From positions 1 to 60,058 of the forward strand of contig CAITSE010000074.1 of assembly GCA_903894975.1 (NCBI GenBank): a stretch of 60,058 nt of DNA, read 5' to 3'. This document shows positions 17,467 through 25,874 of this stretch, piece after piece. Position numbers and translations under genes: made by a program. The number at the start of each line of letters is the position of its first letter. Within the stretch, counting starts at the first letter, position 1. The notes under the pieces are model-generated. The model was given only the letters and a program-made list of their open reading frames with translations, did not search any database and had not been told where the DNA came from. This DNA comes from an uncultured Lentisphaerota bacterium (GTDB lineage Bacteria > Verrucomicrobiota > Lentisphaeria > Oligosphaerales > CAITYL01).

Positions 17467-20274
17467 TCAGGGCATCTCCAGTTCATACCACAGGGTTTTG
17501 AAGGCGGGGCCGATCTCCAGAATGGTCGCGCCCGGTTCTGTCCGCACCGGCACTTCCGTTTTGCGCTGCCCCTGTCCGTCGAGCGCCCAGGCCCGGGCGC
17601 CAGGCCGGAGCGGAAAGGTGATCGTCGCGCCAACACCTTCGACCACGGCGGGCGCCTTCCCCCAGTCCTTGCCGAGGGTCACATTCGGGGCCTCTTTGGG
17701 ATCCTTGAACAACATGCCCGTGTTGGCCACGTATCCCGTGGCGACGACGATGACGCGCCGGGCTTTTGCAAAATCCGCGCCCTCGAGCACCGTCAGGTTC
17801 ACCGTTGCCCAGTTCTGGCGGTTGGCGTGCGGCGTGATGCTCACCTGCATGAAGCGAAAGGTCGTGCCCGTGACATACCCGATCACGCCCGCCGACCTGG
17901 CCGTGTCGACGGTGACCAGCCCCACCCCCGGCTGGCGATCCCAGCGCAGGTCCAGGGTGTCCGACGTCACGCCGGGCAAGGCGGACGGCTGGGGCGCCGC
18001 GCCGGGAACGGCCGCGCCGCCCAGCGTGATCTGAAGCGGATGCCGCAGGGTTTCCTCCTGCCGCGCGCCGAATTGCGCCGCGCTCAAAACCGGGCCGGTC
18101 CTGCGGATCTGCTCCAGCACCTGCTCGGGCGTCACGGCGACAACGTGCGGGTTGCCCGGAGCGACGTCGCCGCGGACAAACAGCGCCGCAACCGTTGGCA
18201 GCGTCGCCATCTTGGCCGGATGCTGGGCGATATCGAAAAAGTCGCGGAACATGCCCGACTTCATCGCCGCGAGGTCACTGGCATAGGCGTTGGCGAAGAT
18301 CGCGTCCCAGTCCTGCAGGGCCGCATAGGCGCCGAGCAGCAGGAACGCTTCGGACGAATAGGTGTTGGGCGCCGCGGCATTGAACTCGCTGCAGATGTAG
18401 GGCTTGCCGGCGACGCGCTGCGCGCCCATCCGCCCGATCGCGCCGCCGTCGCCCTCGCGGATCAGTGAGCTATTACGGACCGCCCAGTCGGCCGGGTTCC
18501 CCGGCACATGCCGGAAGCGCGGGAGCTGCCAGCCGCCATGCACGTCCACGACATCCAGCTGCGCCTGAACAGGAAACGGGCTGCGGTTGACCTGGGTGCC
18601 GATCACCAGGCTGCGCGCCCGCAGTTCCTCCTTAAGAAACCGCTGCATGCCGGCCCAGTAATTCGTCTCCGTCTCCAGCAGGAACGACACCCAGTCGCGC
18701 TGCGCCTCCGCCGTGCGGGCGTGAAACTCGCGCTTACGGAAAAGGTCCACCGTGCCCAACCCTTCGCTTTCGTGCAGCCCCTGCCGGGCGGCGGGCTTGA
18801 GCGACAAGTCCGCAAATTCCCAGTCGCTGACGTCGCGGCCCAGTTCCGTGAACCCGAACTGCGCCTCCCCGACGCTCCGTGCGGGGACAAACGTGACGCG
18901 ATACGTCTGCCATTCGGGCGTGACTTGGACCCGCGTCGCGGAAACCTCGTTGTCTTTGTAATTCTGCCCCAGGTCCTTCACGGAAACTGTGAGCCGCCGC
19001 GGGCGGGCGCTTCTGGCCTCAAACGCGAAGGTGTACGCTTTGGTCGCGTCCACGGCAACCTTCTGCCGCACATACTGCGCGTCCCGGGTGTCCTTGCCCG
19101 GCTTGACGTGAAGCCGGGTTCCGGGGATGTCGCCCATGGTCTTGGGTTTAGGTTTATCCCCGGCCGACGCGGGGGACGGCGCCGGTCCCGGGTCCGGGGA
19201 TCCGCCCTTCGCCCTGGCCGCCTTGGCGGCGTTCTTGACCTCCGTTTCCACCTTCTTGCGCTCAATCTCGGCGCCTTGGGCCACCGCCTGCTCCGCAGCA
19301 TCCCGACAGAACAGGCGCTTCTCCTCAATCCGTTCCAGCTTGACCTCGGTGGGATATTGCGGATGCTCGGACCACCAGCCCCAGGTCGGGTCGCCGAGCA
19401 TCTCTTTTCCCGCCGGCTCCTCGTGGGCGTTCCAGGCCGCGCGCAGCTTCTCCGCGGTGCCGTATCTGGCCGAAAGCCAGCGGTTCCATTGCGCCCGCAA
19501 CCCGTCGGCATAAGGCGCGGGCATGGCGTCAAGAGTGCCGTTCCACCATTCGTACAGCAGCGAACTTTCGTGGTTGATCTCGATAAAGGCCACGGCCGGC
19601 TCGTTGACGTACGCGGCCTGGGTATAGGCGTTTACATGAGTGAGCAGGGCGCGGGCGAAGGCGCGTTGCGACTCGATCAGGCGCGGCTCGAAGTTGTCCA
19701 CACCCTTGAAATATTCGGGCATCCCCTCCCATTCCGGCAGCCCCGGATAGGTGCGGGCGGCGTGCAGGCAGAGATCCGCGTAAATGCCGTTTTTCTTGAG
19801 GACGGAAAAGAAATAGTCCAATTTTTCCAGCTGCGCCGGATCCGGCGTGTTCCGGTCGGCCTGCAACAATCCTTCCGGCGCCGGCGCGTCCAGACCGCGA
19901 AACCGTACACAGCCGACGCCGAATTTCGCCAGGCGCGCCGCCATTTTGTCGGCCTCCTCGTGCGCCGGAAACCCCGCGGCGCCGACGACATTGACGCCGA
20001 ACATCCGGAGACGCTTGTTGCCGACGGACAGATGCCCGTCCTTCGCCGTGACAAAGCCCCGCCCGCCGGCCGGCGCGTCAAGCCACGCGGCGAGGTTGGC
20101 GGGGGAGGCCGCGGCATCATCCCAGGGCAGCACGAACGGAAACAGCGCGGCCGGAGGCGCCTCGACGGTTTTGGGACCCGTCGGCGGCGGCGTTGCGGGC
20201 GCCGGGGCGTTTTGCGCCAAGACGCTGGCGGCGGCAAAGGCGAAGAGGCCGATGATCGTCACAAGCATGGGCAT
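17467..20274 (-). CDS. large secreted glycoside-hydrolase-like protein (clan GH-A TIM barrel, GH5-like)
   Basis: Signal peptide MPMLVTIIGLFAFAAASVLAQ. Cellulase-superfamily blocks include ..RMFGVNVV.., ..KLDYFFSVLKKNGIYADLCLH.. and ..VAFIEINHESSL.. (putative acid/base Glu). The precise GH family was not determined. Confidence 0.65.
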   Translation of the reverse strand: MPMLVTIIGLFAFAAASVLAQNAPAPATPPPTGPKTVEAPPAALFPFVLPWDDAAASPANLAAWLDAPAGGRGFVTAKDGHLSVGNKRLRMFGVNVVGAAGFPAHEEADKMAARLAKFGVGCVRFRGLDAPAPEGLLQADRNTPDPAQLEKLDYFFSVLKKNGIYADLCLHAARTYPGLPEWEGMPEYFKGVDNFEPRLIESQRAFARALLTHVNAYTQAAYVNEPAVAFIEINHESSLLYEWWNGTLDAMPAPYADGLRAQWNRWLSARYGTAEKLRAAWNAHEEPAGKEMLGDPTWGWWSEHPQYPTEVKLERIEEKRLFCRDAAEQAVAQGAEIERKKVETEVKNAAKAARAKGGSPDPGPAPSPASAGDKPKPKTMGDIPGTRLHVKPGKDTRDAQYVRQKVAVDATKAYTFAFEARSARPRRLTVSVKDLGQNYKDNEVSATRVQVTPEWQTYRVTFVPARSVGEAQFGFTELGRDVSDWEFADLSLKPAARQGLHESEGLGTVDLFRKREFHARTAEAQRDWVSFLLETETNYWAGMQRFLKEELRARSLVIGTQVNRSPFPVQAQLDVVDVHGGWQLPRFRHVPGNPADWAVRNSSLIREGDGGAIGRMGAQRVAGKPYICSEFNAAAPNTYSSEAFLLLGAYAALQDWDAIFANAYASDLAAMKSGMFRDFFDIAQHPAKMATLPTVAALFVRGDVAPGNPHVVAVTPEQVLEQIRRTGPVLSAAQFGARQEETLRHPLQITLGGAAVPGAAPQPSALPGVTSDTLDLRWDRQPGVGLVTVDTARSAGVIGYVTGTTFRFMQVSITPHANRQNWATVNLTVLEGADFAKARRVIVVATGYVANTGMLFKDPKEAPNVTLGKDWGKAPAVVEGVGATITFPLRPGARAWALDGQGQRKTEVPVRTEPGATILEIGPAFKTLWYELEMP

Positions 20275-20296
20275 GGAACGGGTTCCCGTGGTCAGA

Positions 20297-21301
20297 CTAC
20301 GGTTCCAGGGTGATGCCACCAGCGTTGGGCATGGCCTCGAATTGCACGGTTCCGTTCACCGGCATGACGGTGACCTTGCGGGCGTCCTGCATGACCTGGC
20401 ACTGCGCCCACGCCGCCGGCACTTGGGTGACCAGAGTCAGCGGCGCATCATACAGTTGCGGATCCGCCTGACTCGTCAGCGTGAGCCGGATCTTCCGCGA
20501 ACCGGCCTCCACGACCCGAACTGTTCCGCCGGCGCGCTCGGCTTCATACTTGTGCGCGGAAATCTGGTCGGTGATCCAGAGACGGTCATGCCGGGCCTCG
20601 AGCTTGTCCAGAAACTCCAGGAACAACGGGACCGGCGTCGGGATCGTCCCCGGACCGACGGAATGGAACACCAGGTATTCCACCCCGCCCTTGTCCAGCG
20701 CGCTTTCCGCCAGCCCCACCATTTCGTCGGCGGTCCGTTCATGGAACATGGCGCCGTGCCCCGCGAAATCGCCGCGGTCGATCAGGTGATGTTCCGCAAG
20801 AATCTGCGCTTTTTCGGCGCCGGTGATGGGCCAGCGTCCCGGCGGAACGCCAGGCGTGGCAAAGCCGAGCAACCGCAGGCGCTTGCCGGGAACCATGTCC
20901 AGAACGATCTCCTGCGAACGGCCGATCTCCTCCTCGGCGCCGGCGAGATCCTTGAAGCCTCCGTGGGTCATGGTGTGCGCGCCCAGGACGGCGGCGCCCG
21001 TGTCCGGCGCCTTCTTCCATTGATCGAGAAGGATTTTCTGTTCCGCCTTGGCCGGGTTCAGGTAGAACGTCCCGACCATCTTCCGTTTCTGCAGTTCCGG
21101 GATGACGATGCTCAGGTGGTTGGCGATGCCGTCGTCAAACTCCATCGTGAACGCCGCTTTTTTGTCGTCCTTCCACTGGGCAATGCGCGTGATGCCAACG
21201 GCCGGCGCATGCTCGGCCCGGGCCGCGCCGGCGAAACCGCAGAGAACGCAGGTGAAAATCGCCACGGCCGACGGCAGGCGGCCACTCTTGAATTGCTTCA
21301 T
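20297..21301 (-). CDS. secreted polysaccharide deacetylase (CE4/NodB-like)
   Basis: Signal peptide, then FTMEFDDG (Asp-Asp motif) and GAHTMTHG (His-x-x-x-His). Confidence 0.7.
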   Translation of the reverse strand: MKQFKSGRLPSAVAIFTCVLCGFAGAARAEHAPAVGITRIAQWKDDKKAAFTMEFDDGIANHLSIVIPELQKRKMVGTFYLNPAKAEQKILLDQWKKAPDTGAAVLGAHTMTHGGFKDLAGAEEEIGRSQEIVLDMVPGKRLRLLGFATPGVPPGRWPITGAEKAQILAEHHLIDRGDFAGHGAMFHERTADEMVGLAESALDKGGVEYLVFHSVGPGTIPTPVPLFLEFLDKLEARHDRLWITDQISAHKYEAERAGGTVRVVEAGSRKIRLTLTSQADPQLYDAPLTLVTQVPAAWAQCQVMQDARKVTVMPVNGTVQFEAMPNAGGITLEP

Positions 21302-21401
21302 CTGAAATTCCTTGCCTCTGCCGCCCCTGTCCGGACAAGACGCGGGCCGCGGGGTTCCGTTCCATGATCCGGAACACCATATACGGAAATTGGTTTTTGT
21401 C

Positions 21402-22280
21402 TCAGCCGAACAACCGGCGGAGCTTGCCGGCGGTGTCCCGGGCCAGGTCCAGGTCGGGCAGGCGCAGGTCGGGCAGACGCGAGAACGGGATCATCTCGGC
21501 GGTGACCGGCCCGCGGTAGCGGATCTTGCGGAGGGCGCGGCGGACCGCCGGCCAGTCGGCGGCGCCGGACTCCAGGTCGTCGCCGAACCCGTGCAGGGTG
21601 CCGCCGCAGTCGTCGCGCCGGAAGTTCTTGACGTGCACGGCGAAAATCCGCCGGTCCAGCATCTCGATCCAATGTTCGGGATAGCCGTTGACCAAACAGT
21701 TGCCGGCGTCGAAATACACACCCACCAGCTCGGCGGGAAACTGGTCCACAAAAGCACGCATGGCCACCGGATCAGCCAGGAACCAGTTCCAGACATTCTC
21801 CACCGCCAGCCGGACGCCCAAACGCCGTGCGGCCGGCAGACAGGCCTTTAGGCCGGCCGTGGCCCGTTCCCACGCCTGGGCATAGGACACCACCGGCTGG
21901 GACGGATCCCATGGCACGGCCACCGCCCCGGGCAGCACCAGCACGGTGTCGATCCCCAACCAGGACGCCACCTGCAGGTAGTTCTCGGTAAATTCCACGG
22001 CCTGACGCCGGACCGCCGCCCGCGGATGGGTGAACGGCGCCGCCCAGTAACTGCCGGTGGCCATGGTGCCCAAACGCAGGCCGGTTTTATCCGCGCATGC
22101 GCGCAGGCGCCGACACTCTTCCTGAGTCACCCCCGGGGCCAAACATCCCGCGCCAAAGACCGGCTCCAGGCCGTCATAACCCATGGCGCGGGCCTCGGCC
22201 ATGGCCTGCGGCAATGGTTTTTCGCTGGCAAAACCGCCAAGCGTGATGTAATTGATTTGAAGAAGATTGCCCATGATCAT
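21402..22280 (-). CDS. sugar phosphate isomerase/epimerase family protein (xylose-isomerase-like TIM barrel)
   Basis: MIMGNLLQINYITLGGF.. through ..RLAVENVWNWF.., ..VYFDAGN.. and ..HVKNF.. The ATG at 22280 overlaps the upstream stop (ATGA). The upstream 123 codons of ORF 21402..22649 overlap the Gfo/Idh/MocA gene and are not protein-like. Confidence 0.8.
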   Translation of the reverse strand: MIMGNLLQINYITLGGFASEKPLPQAMAEARAMGYDGLEPVFGAGCLAPGVTQEECRRLRACADKTGLRLGTMATGSYWAAPFTHPRAAVRRQAVEFTENYLQVASWLGIDTVLVLPGAVAVPWDPSQPVVSYAQAWERATAGLKACLPAARRLGVRLAVENVWNWFLADPVAMRAFVDQFPAELVGVYFDAGNCLVNGYPEHWIEMLDRRIFAVHVKNFRRDDCGGTLHGFGDDLESGAADWPAVRRALRKIRYRGPVTAEMIPFSRLPDLRLPDLDLARDTAGKLRRLFG

Positions 22281-23446
22281 GACCTCGGGTTGCCGCCGGC
22301 GGTGGGAAGGGGTGGAATGTCCTGCGGCTGGCCGCCGTTCCGCAGGGATTCCGTAGCCTGACAGCCGACCGCCACCGCCATGCGCGCCGCTTCCGGCGTG
22401 GCCGTGGTGACCGTGATCCGGCCGCTGGCAAAATCCAGAAATTCCTTCACAATCACCGGATCCGCGCCGCCATGCTCCCCGCCGACGGTTTCCTCGCCCC
22501 GGTGAACTTGGTCGGGGAACAACCGGTAGCTGTCGGTGCGCCGGTTCCAGACGGCAATCGGCGAGTCCGGGCTGTCCCCGAGATTCTCGATCCGCCCCTC
22601 CGTCCCGATCACCGTATAGTTCCGGCAGGCGTCCGGGGTGAAATGACACTGGAGATAGGCGCCGAGGATACCGCGCTCCATCTGGAGGATGACCACGTTC
22701 TGATCCTCGATGTCGATCACCGGGTTGAACCCGGACTGGGCCGGGGGCGGCCAGTGGGCGGCGTTAAACTTCGCCTGGGCCGGCTCCTCCGGATTGCGCC
22801 GGGGCAGTCCCCCGTACACCGCCAGGTTGCCGAACGCGCTGACCCGCGTGGTATAGGCGCCGCTGAGCCAGTGGATGACGTCCAGATCGTGCGCCCCCTT
22901 CTGCAAGAGCAGCCCGGTGGTGTTCTTCCGCTCGGCATGCCAGTCGCGGAAATAGGCGTCGCCGCCGTAACTGATGAAATGACGGCACCAGACAGACTTC
23001 ACTTCCCCGACCGTCCCGGCGTCAATCAGCACCTTCATCTTCCGGATAATGCCCATGTAGCGCATGTTGTGGCCGACGAAAAGCCGGCCGCCCCCCGCGG
23101 CCGCGGCCGCCAGGACGCGGTCGCAACCGGCCACGGTGATGGCCATCGGCTTCTCCAGGTACACGGTCTTCCCCGCGGCCAAAGCCGCCACCGCCTGTTC
23201 CTCGTGCAGAAAATCCGGGGTGCAGATAAAGATGGCGTCCAGTGACTGCGCCAGCAATTCCCGCCAGTCGGCGGTAGTGAACAGCTCCGCGCCATAGAGC
23301 TCGCGGCAGGCCGCCAGCGTCTCCGGATTGGTGTCGCAGCAGGCCGTGACGCGGCTGCCCTTACCGGGAAGATGCGCATGCGCGGCGACCCGGCCGCGGC
23401 CGCCGGCGCCGATGACACCGATCCGGAGTTCTTGTTCCTTGAGCAT
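22277..23446 (-). CDS. Gfo/Idh/MocA family oxidoreductase
   Basis: LRIGVIGAGGRGR Rossmann motif and EKPMA motif. ATG at 23446 (the track start at 23491 is TTG). Confidence 0.85.
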   Translation of the reverse strand: MLKEQELRIGVIGAGGRGRVAAHAHLPGKGSRVTACCDTNPETLAACRELYGAELFTTADWRELLAQSLDAIFICTPDFLHEEQAVAALAAGKTVYLEKPMAITVAGCDRVLAAAAAGGGRLFVGHNMRYMGIIRKMKVLIDAGTVGEVKSVWCRHFISYGGDAYFRDWHAERKNTTGLLLQKGAHDLDVIHWLSGAYTTRVSAFGNLAVYGGLPRRNPEEPAQAKFNAAHWPPPAQSGFNPVIDIEDQNVVILQMERGILGAYLQCHFTPDACRNYTVIGTEGRIENLGDSPDSPIAVWNRRTDSYRLFPDQVHRGEETVGGEHGGADPVIVKEFLDFASGRITVTTATPEAARMAVAVGCQATESLRNGGQPQDIPPLPTAGGNPRS

Positions 23447-23484
23447 GAATGTTTCTCTTATATGCTTAATTTTACCAAGCGTTA

Positions 23485-23513
23485 TTGACAATAACTAACA
23501 TATACGTTATTTT
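23485..23513 (+). promoter_or_regulatory. Putative sigma70-type promoter for the Gfo/Idh/MocA gene at 23588, with overlapping palindrome TTATTGaCAATAA (23482-23494)
   Basis: TTGACA (23485-23490), a 17-nt spacer, then TATTTT (23508-23513). The 6-1-6 palindrome spans the -35 box. Confidence 0.4.
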
Positions 23514-23587
23514 TATCTCCGTCAAGAAAAGACCGAAACCGTTTTTTGAACAGAAGCCCGCAAAGAACACAAAGGGATCGATCTCTT

Positions 23588-24625
23588 ATGACGCTCCAAA
23601 TCGGCATCATCGGCCTCGGCTTCATGGGCCGCTGCCATTTCGAAACCTGGGCGAAAGTTCGCGGCGCGCGCCTCGCCGCCGTCTGCGACATCGACCCGCG
23701 CAAGCGCGCCGGCGACTGGTCCGGCACCGCCGGCAATCTAGGCGGCAGCGCCGCCCGGACCGATCTTTCCGGCCTCCGGATCTATGCCCGGGCGGAGGAG
23801 ATGTTCGCGGATCCGGACCTGGATGTGGTGGACATCACCCTGCCCACATACCTGCACGCCGAGTATGCCGTGGCAGCCCTGCGCGCCGGCAAACATGTAA
23901 TCTGCGAGAAACCGATGGCCCGCACCTCGACCGAGGCGCGCCGGATGCAGGCGGCGGCGAAAGCGGCCAATCGCCAGCTCTGCGTGGCCCAGTGCATCCG
24001 CTTTTGGCCGGCCTATGCTGTCGCGGCGGAACAGGTCCGGACCGGCAAGCTCGGCCTCGTCGTCTCCGCTACCTTCCGTCGGGTGTCGCCGAAGCCGACT
24101 TGGAGCTGGAAAAACTGGCTGATGGACGAAACGAAAAGCGGGGGCTGCGTCCTCGACCTGCACATCCACGACGCCGATTTCGTCCTTTCCCTGTTCGGGC
24201 CGCCCCAGGCGGTGTCGAGCCAAGGCAGCGCCGCCGGCCCGGGCGGCGTCGACCATGTCATCACCTCCTACCGTTATGCCGATGGCAAACTGGTGACGGC
24301 CGAAGGCGCCTGGGAGCACACCGCGGGCTTCCCCTTCAGCATGACCTTCGTCCTCGCCGGCGAAAAGGCGAGCCTGACCCTGGCGGAAGACGGCAAGCTG
24401 CGGCGACATGACGCCAAGGGCACGAACGTCCTCCCGGTCCCGGAGGGCGACGGGTACCTGCACGAGCTGCAACATTTCGCCGGCTGCCTCGCCCGGAACC
24501 GGCCGTCCTCCGTGGTGCCGCCAGGCGCCGCGGCGGCCAGCGTGGCGCTCATCGCCGCCGAAATGACCTCCCTGAAACGCGGCCGCGAAGTCCGGATGAA
24601 ACTGTCGGATCCCAGGGGGTACTAG
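23588..24625 (+). CDS. Gfo/Idh/MocA family oxidoreductase
   Basis: MTLQIGIIGLGFMGRCH.. and CEKPMA motif. The TAG stop (24623-24625) lies inside the six-frame-stop motif. Confidence 0.85.
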   Translation: MTLQIGIIGLGFMGRCHFETWAKVRGARLAAVCDIDPRKRAGDWSGTAGNLGGSAARTDLSGLRIYARAEEMFADPDLDVVDITLPTYLHAEYAVAALRAGKHVICEKPMARTSTEARRMQAAAKAANRQLCVAQCIRFWPAYAVAAEQVRTGKLGLVVSATFRRVSPKPTWSWKNWLMDETKSGGCVLDLHIHDADFVLSLFGPPQAVSSQGSAAGPGGVDHVITSYRYADGKLVTAEGAWEHTAGFPFSMTFVLAGEKASLTLAEDGKLRRHDAKGTNVLPVPEGDGYLHELQHFAGCLARNRPSSVVPPGAAAASVALIAAEMTSLKRGREVRMKLSDPRGY

Positions 24626-24681
24626 CCTGAACTATTCATGAACCACTTCGTGAGCTTTGTGACCTTCTGTTCAACGAATTC
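24622..24681. repeat. Six-frame-stop motif (24622-24643) plus half foldback arm (24655-24681)
   Basis: CTAGCCTGAACTATTCATGAAC followed by CTTTGTGACCTTCTGTTCAACGAATTC. The last 18 nt are identical to 13680-13697. Confidence 0.8.
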
Positions 24682-25799
24682 TGCCGCGGATGTGCGATGC
24701 AATCGGCGTAGAGCGCATTGATTTTTCGGATCTCTTCAGCGCCATCGGCAAAGGATTTCACATACGCCAAACCAGCCGCCACAGCACCATCTCGCAGCCG
24801 TGGGTTAGTAACCACATCCAAGAGGACGCCTGCCAAGCCGTCAACATCGTTCAAACACACTTTCCCGGTCACGGCCCCATTGTCGATCGCTTCCTGGTAC
24901 TGAGGAAGATCCCCGTGAATCAAGAAAGAGCCGCAAGCCAAAGCTTCATAAAGCGTTTGGGGAAACCCTTCAGAACTGGGCACGACGACCGTTGCCACGG
25001 CTAAATTGTAGCAATCTGCCATTCCTGCCGGTGGAAGCTTGGGCAAAAACCTCACCCGGTCGGCAATCTGAAGTTCCTGCGCCAACGTTTTCAAGCGCTT
25101 AAGATACGCAGGATCTGCGGCAAACTCGCTGGCCAACAGGTACAACGGCAACTCCGGTCGTTCGCGCCGGACCTTGGCAAACGCCATCATAATCACATGC
25201 TTATTGTAGAGGGGTTGGGCCGCGCGCGGGTCAAACACCACCAGGGCCGCCTCCGGAAGACGCAGTTCCTCCCGCAACGTTGACACCTGCCGACCGGCAT
25301 GGAAAATAGCGGAATTCACCCCCCAGGAGATCCGCACAATCCGTCGAACATCAGGAACCAATCGCCGGACGGCCTGATCGAGAAATGCCGTTTTTGAAGT
25401 CACGGCGTCAGCGCGAGACAACAATTGCTTCGTCAGGTATTTATACAGGAAACGGCACCCCTGCTCAGGCAGAACGTCGCCTCCCATTACCGTAACCACC
25501 AAGGGCTTCTTCTGCCGCACCAACAAAAACGGCATCAATCCCTGAAAGGCATAATGCACATGGATCAGATCAGGTTGGAATGATCGAAGGGCGTTATGCA
25601 GGACAAATGGCATGCACAGCGTCCGCATAATCACCGACGAACGCGCCCAAGACTTGGGAACATACAACGGCACCTCCGCGGGAAGCTCTCCGGCATGCGG
25701 GGAAACCCAGCCCACGGAATGCCCGCCCGCCAAACCCGCCAACCCGCGAGTTGCTCCCAAGGGACTGCGCGCATTGGCAACTACCAAGATCTTCGCCAT
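24636..25799 (-). CDS. glycosyltransferase family 4
   Basis: 387 aa GT-B fold. The C-terminal domain has ..VVVPSSEGFPQTLYEALACGSFLIHGDLP.. (EX7E-like). The last ~14 codons (NSLNRRSQSSRSGS*) are read from the repeat. Confidence 0.8.
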   Translation of the reverse strand: MAKILVVANARSPLGATRGLAGLAGGHSVGWVSPHAGELPAEVPLYVPKSWARSSVIMRTLCMPFVLHNALRSFQPDLIHVHYAFQGLMPFLLVRQKKPLVVTVMGGDVLPEQGCRFLYKYLTKQLLSRADAVTSKTAFLDQAVRRLVPDVRRIVRISWGVNSAIFHAGRQVSTLREELRLPEAALVVFDPRAAQPLYNKHVIMMAFAKVRRERPELPLYLLASEFAADPAYLKRLKTLAQELQIADRVRFLPKLPPAGMADCYNLAVATVVVPSSEGFPQTLYEALACGSFLIHGDLPQYQEAIDNGAVTGKVCLNDVDGLAGVLLDVVTNPRLRDGAVAAGLAYVKSFADGAEEIRKINALYADCIAHPRQNSLNRRSQSSRSGS

Positions 25800-25874
25800 G
25801 CCAAAAGCCTCTGAAGTTTCCGTGCCCTGTTCCGTGGTTCTGAATGGAACGTCCCCACCCGCGGGGCGGGGTCG

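Noticed and set aside
17255-17467. 70-aa ORF between the PPIase and the GH gene (..VSRLGLSHGGLVVARDLQEYGAV..), which faintly resembles a PIN/VapC C-terminal fragment.
   Set aside because: The similarity is too weak to support. It has no partner antitoxin and no RBS, and it overlaps the 3' end of the PPIase gene. At best it is a gene remnant.
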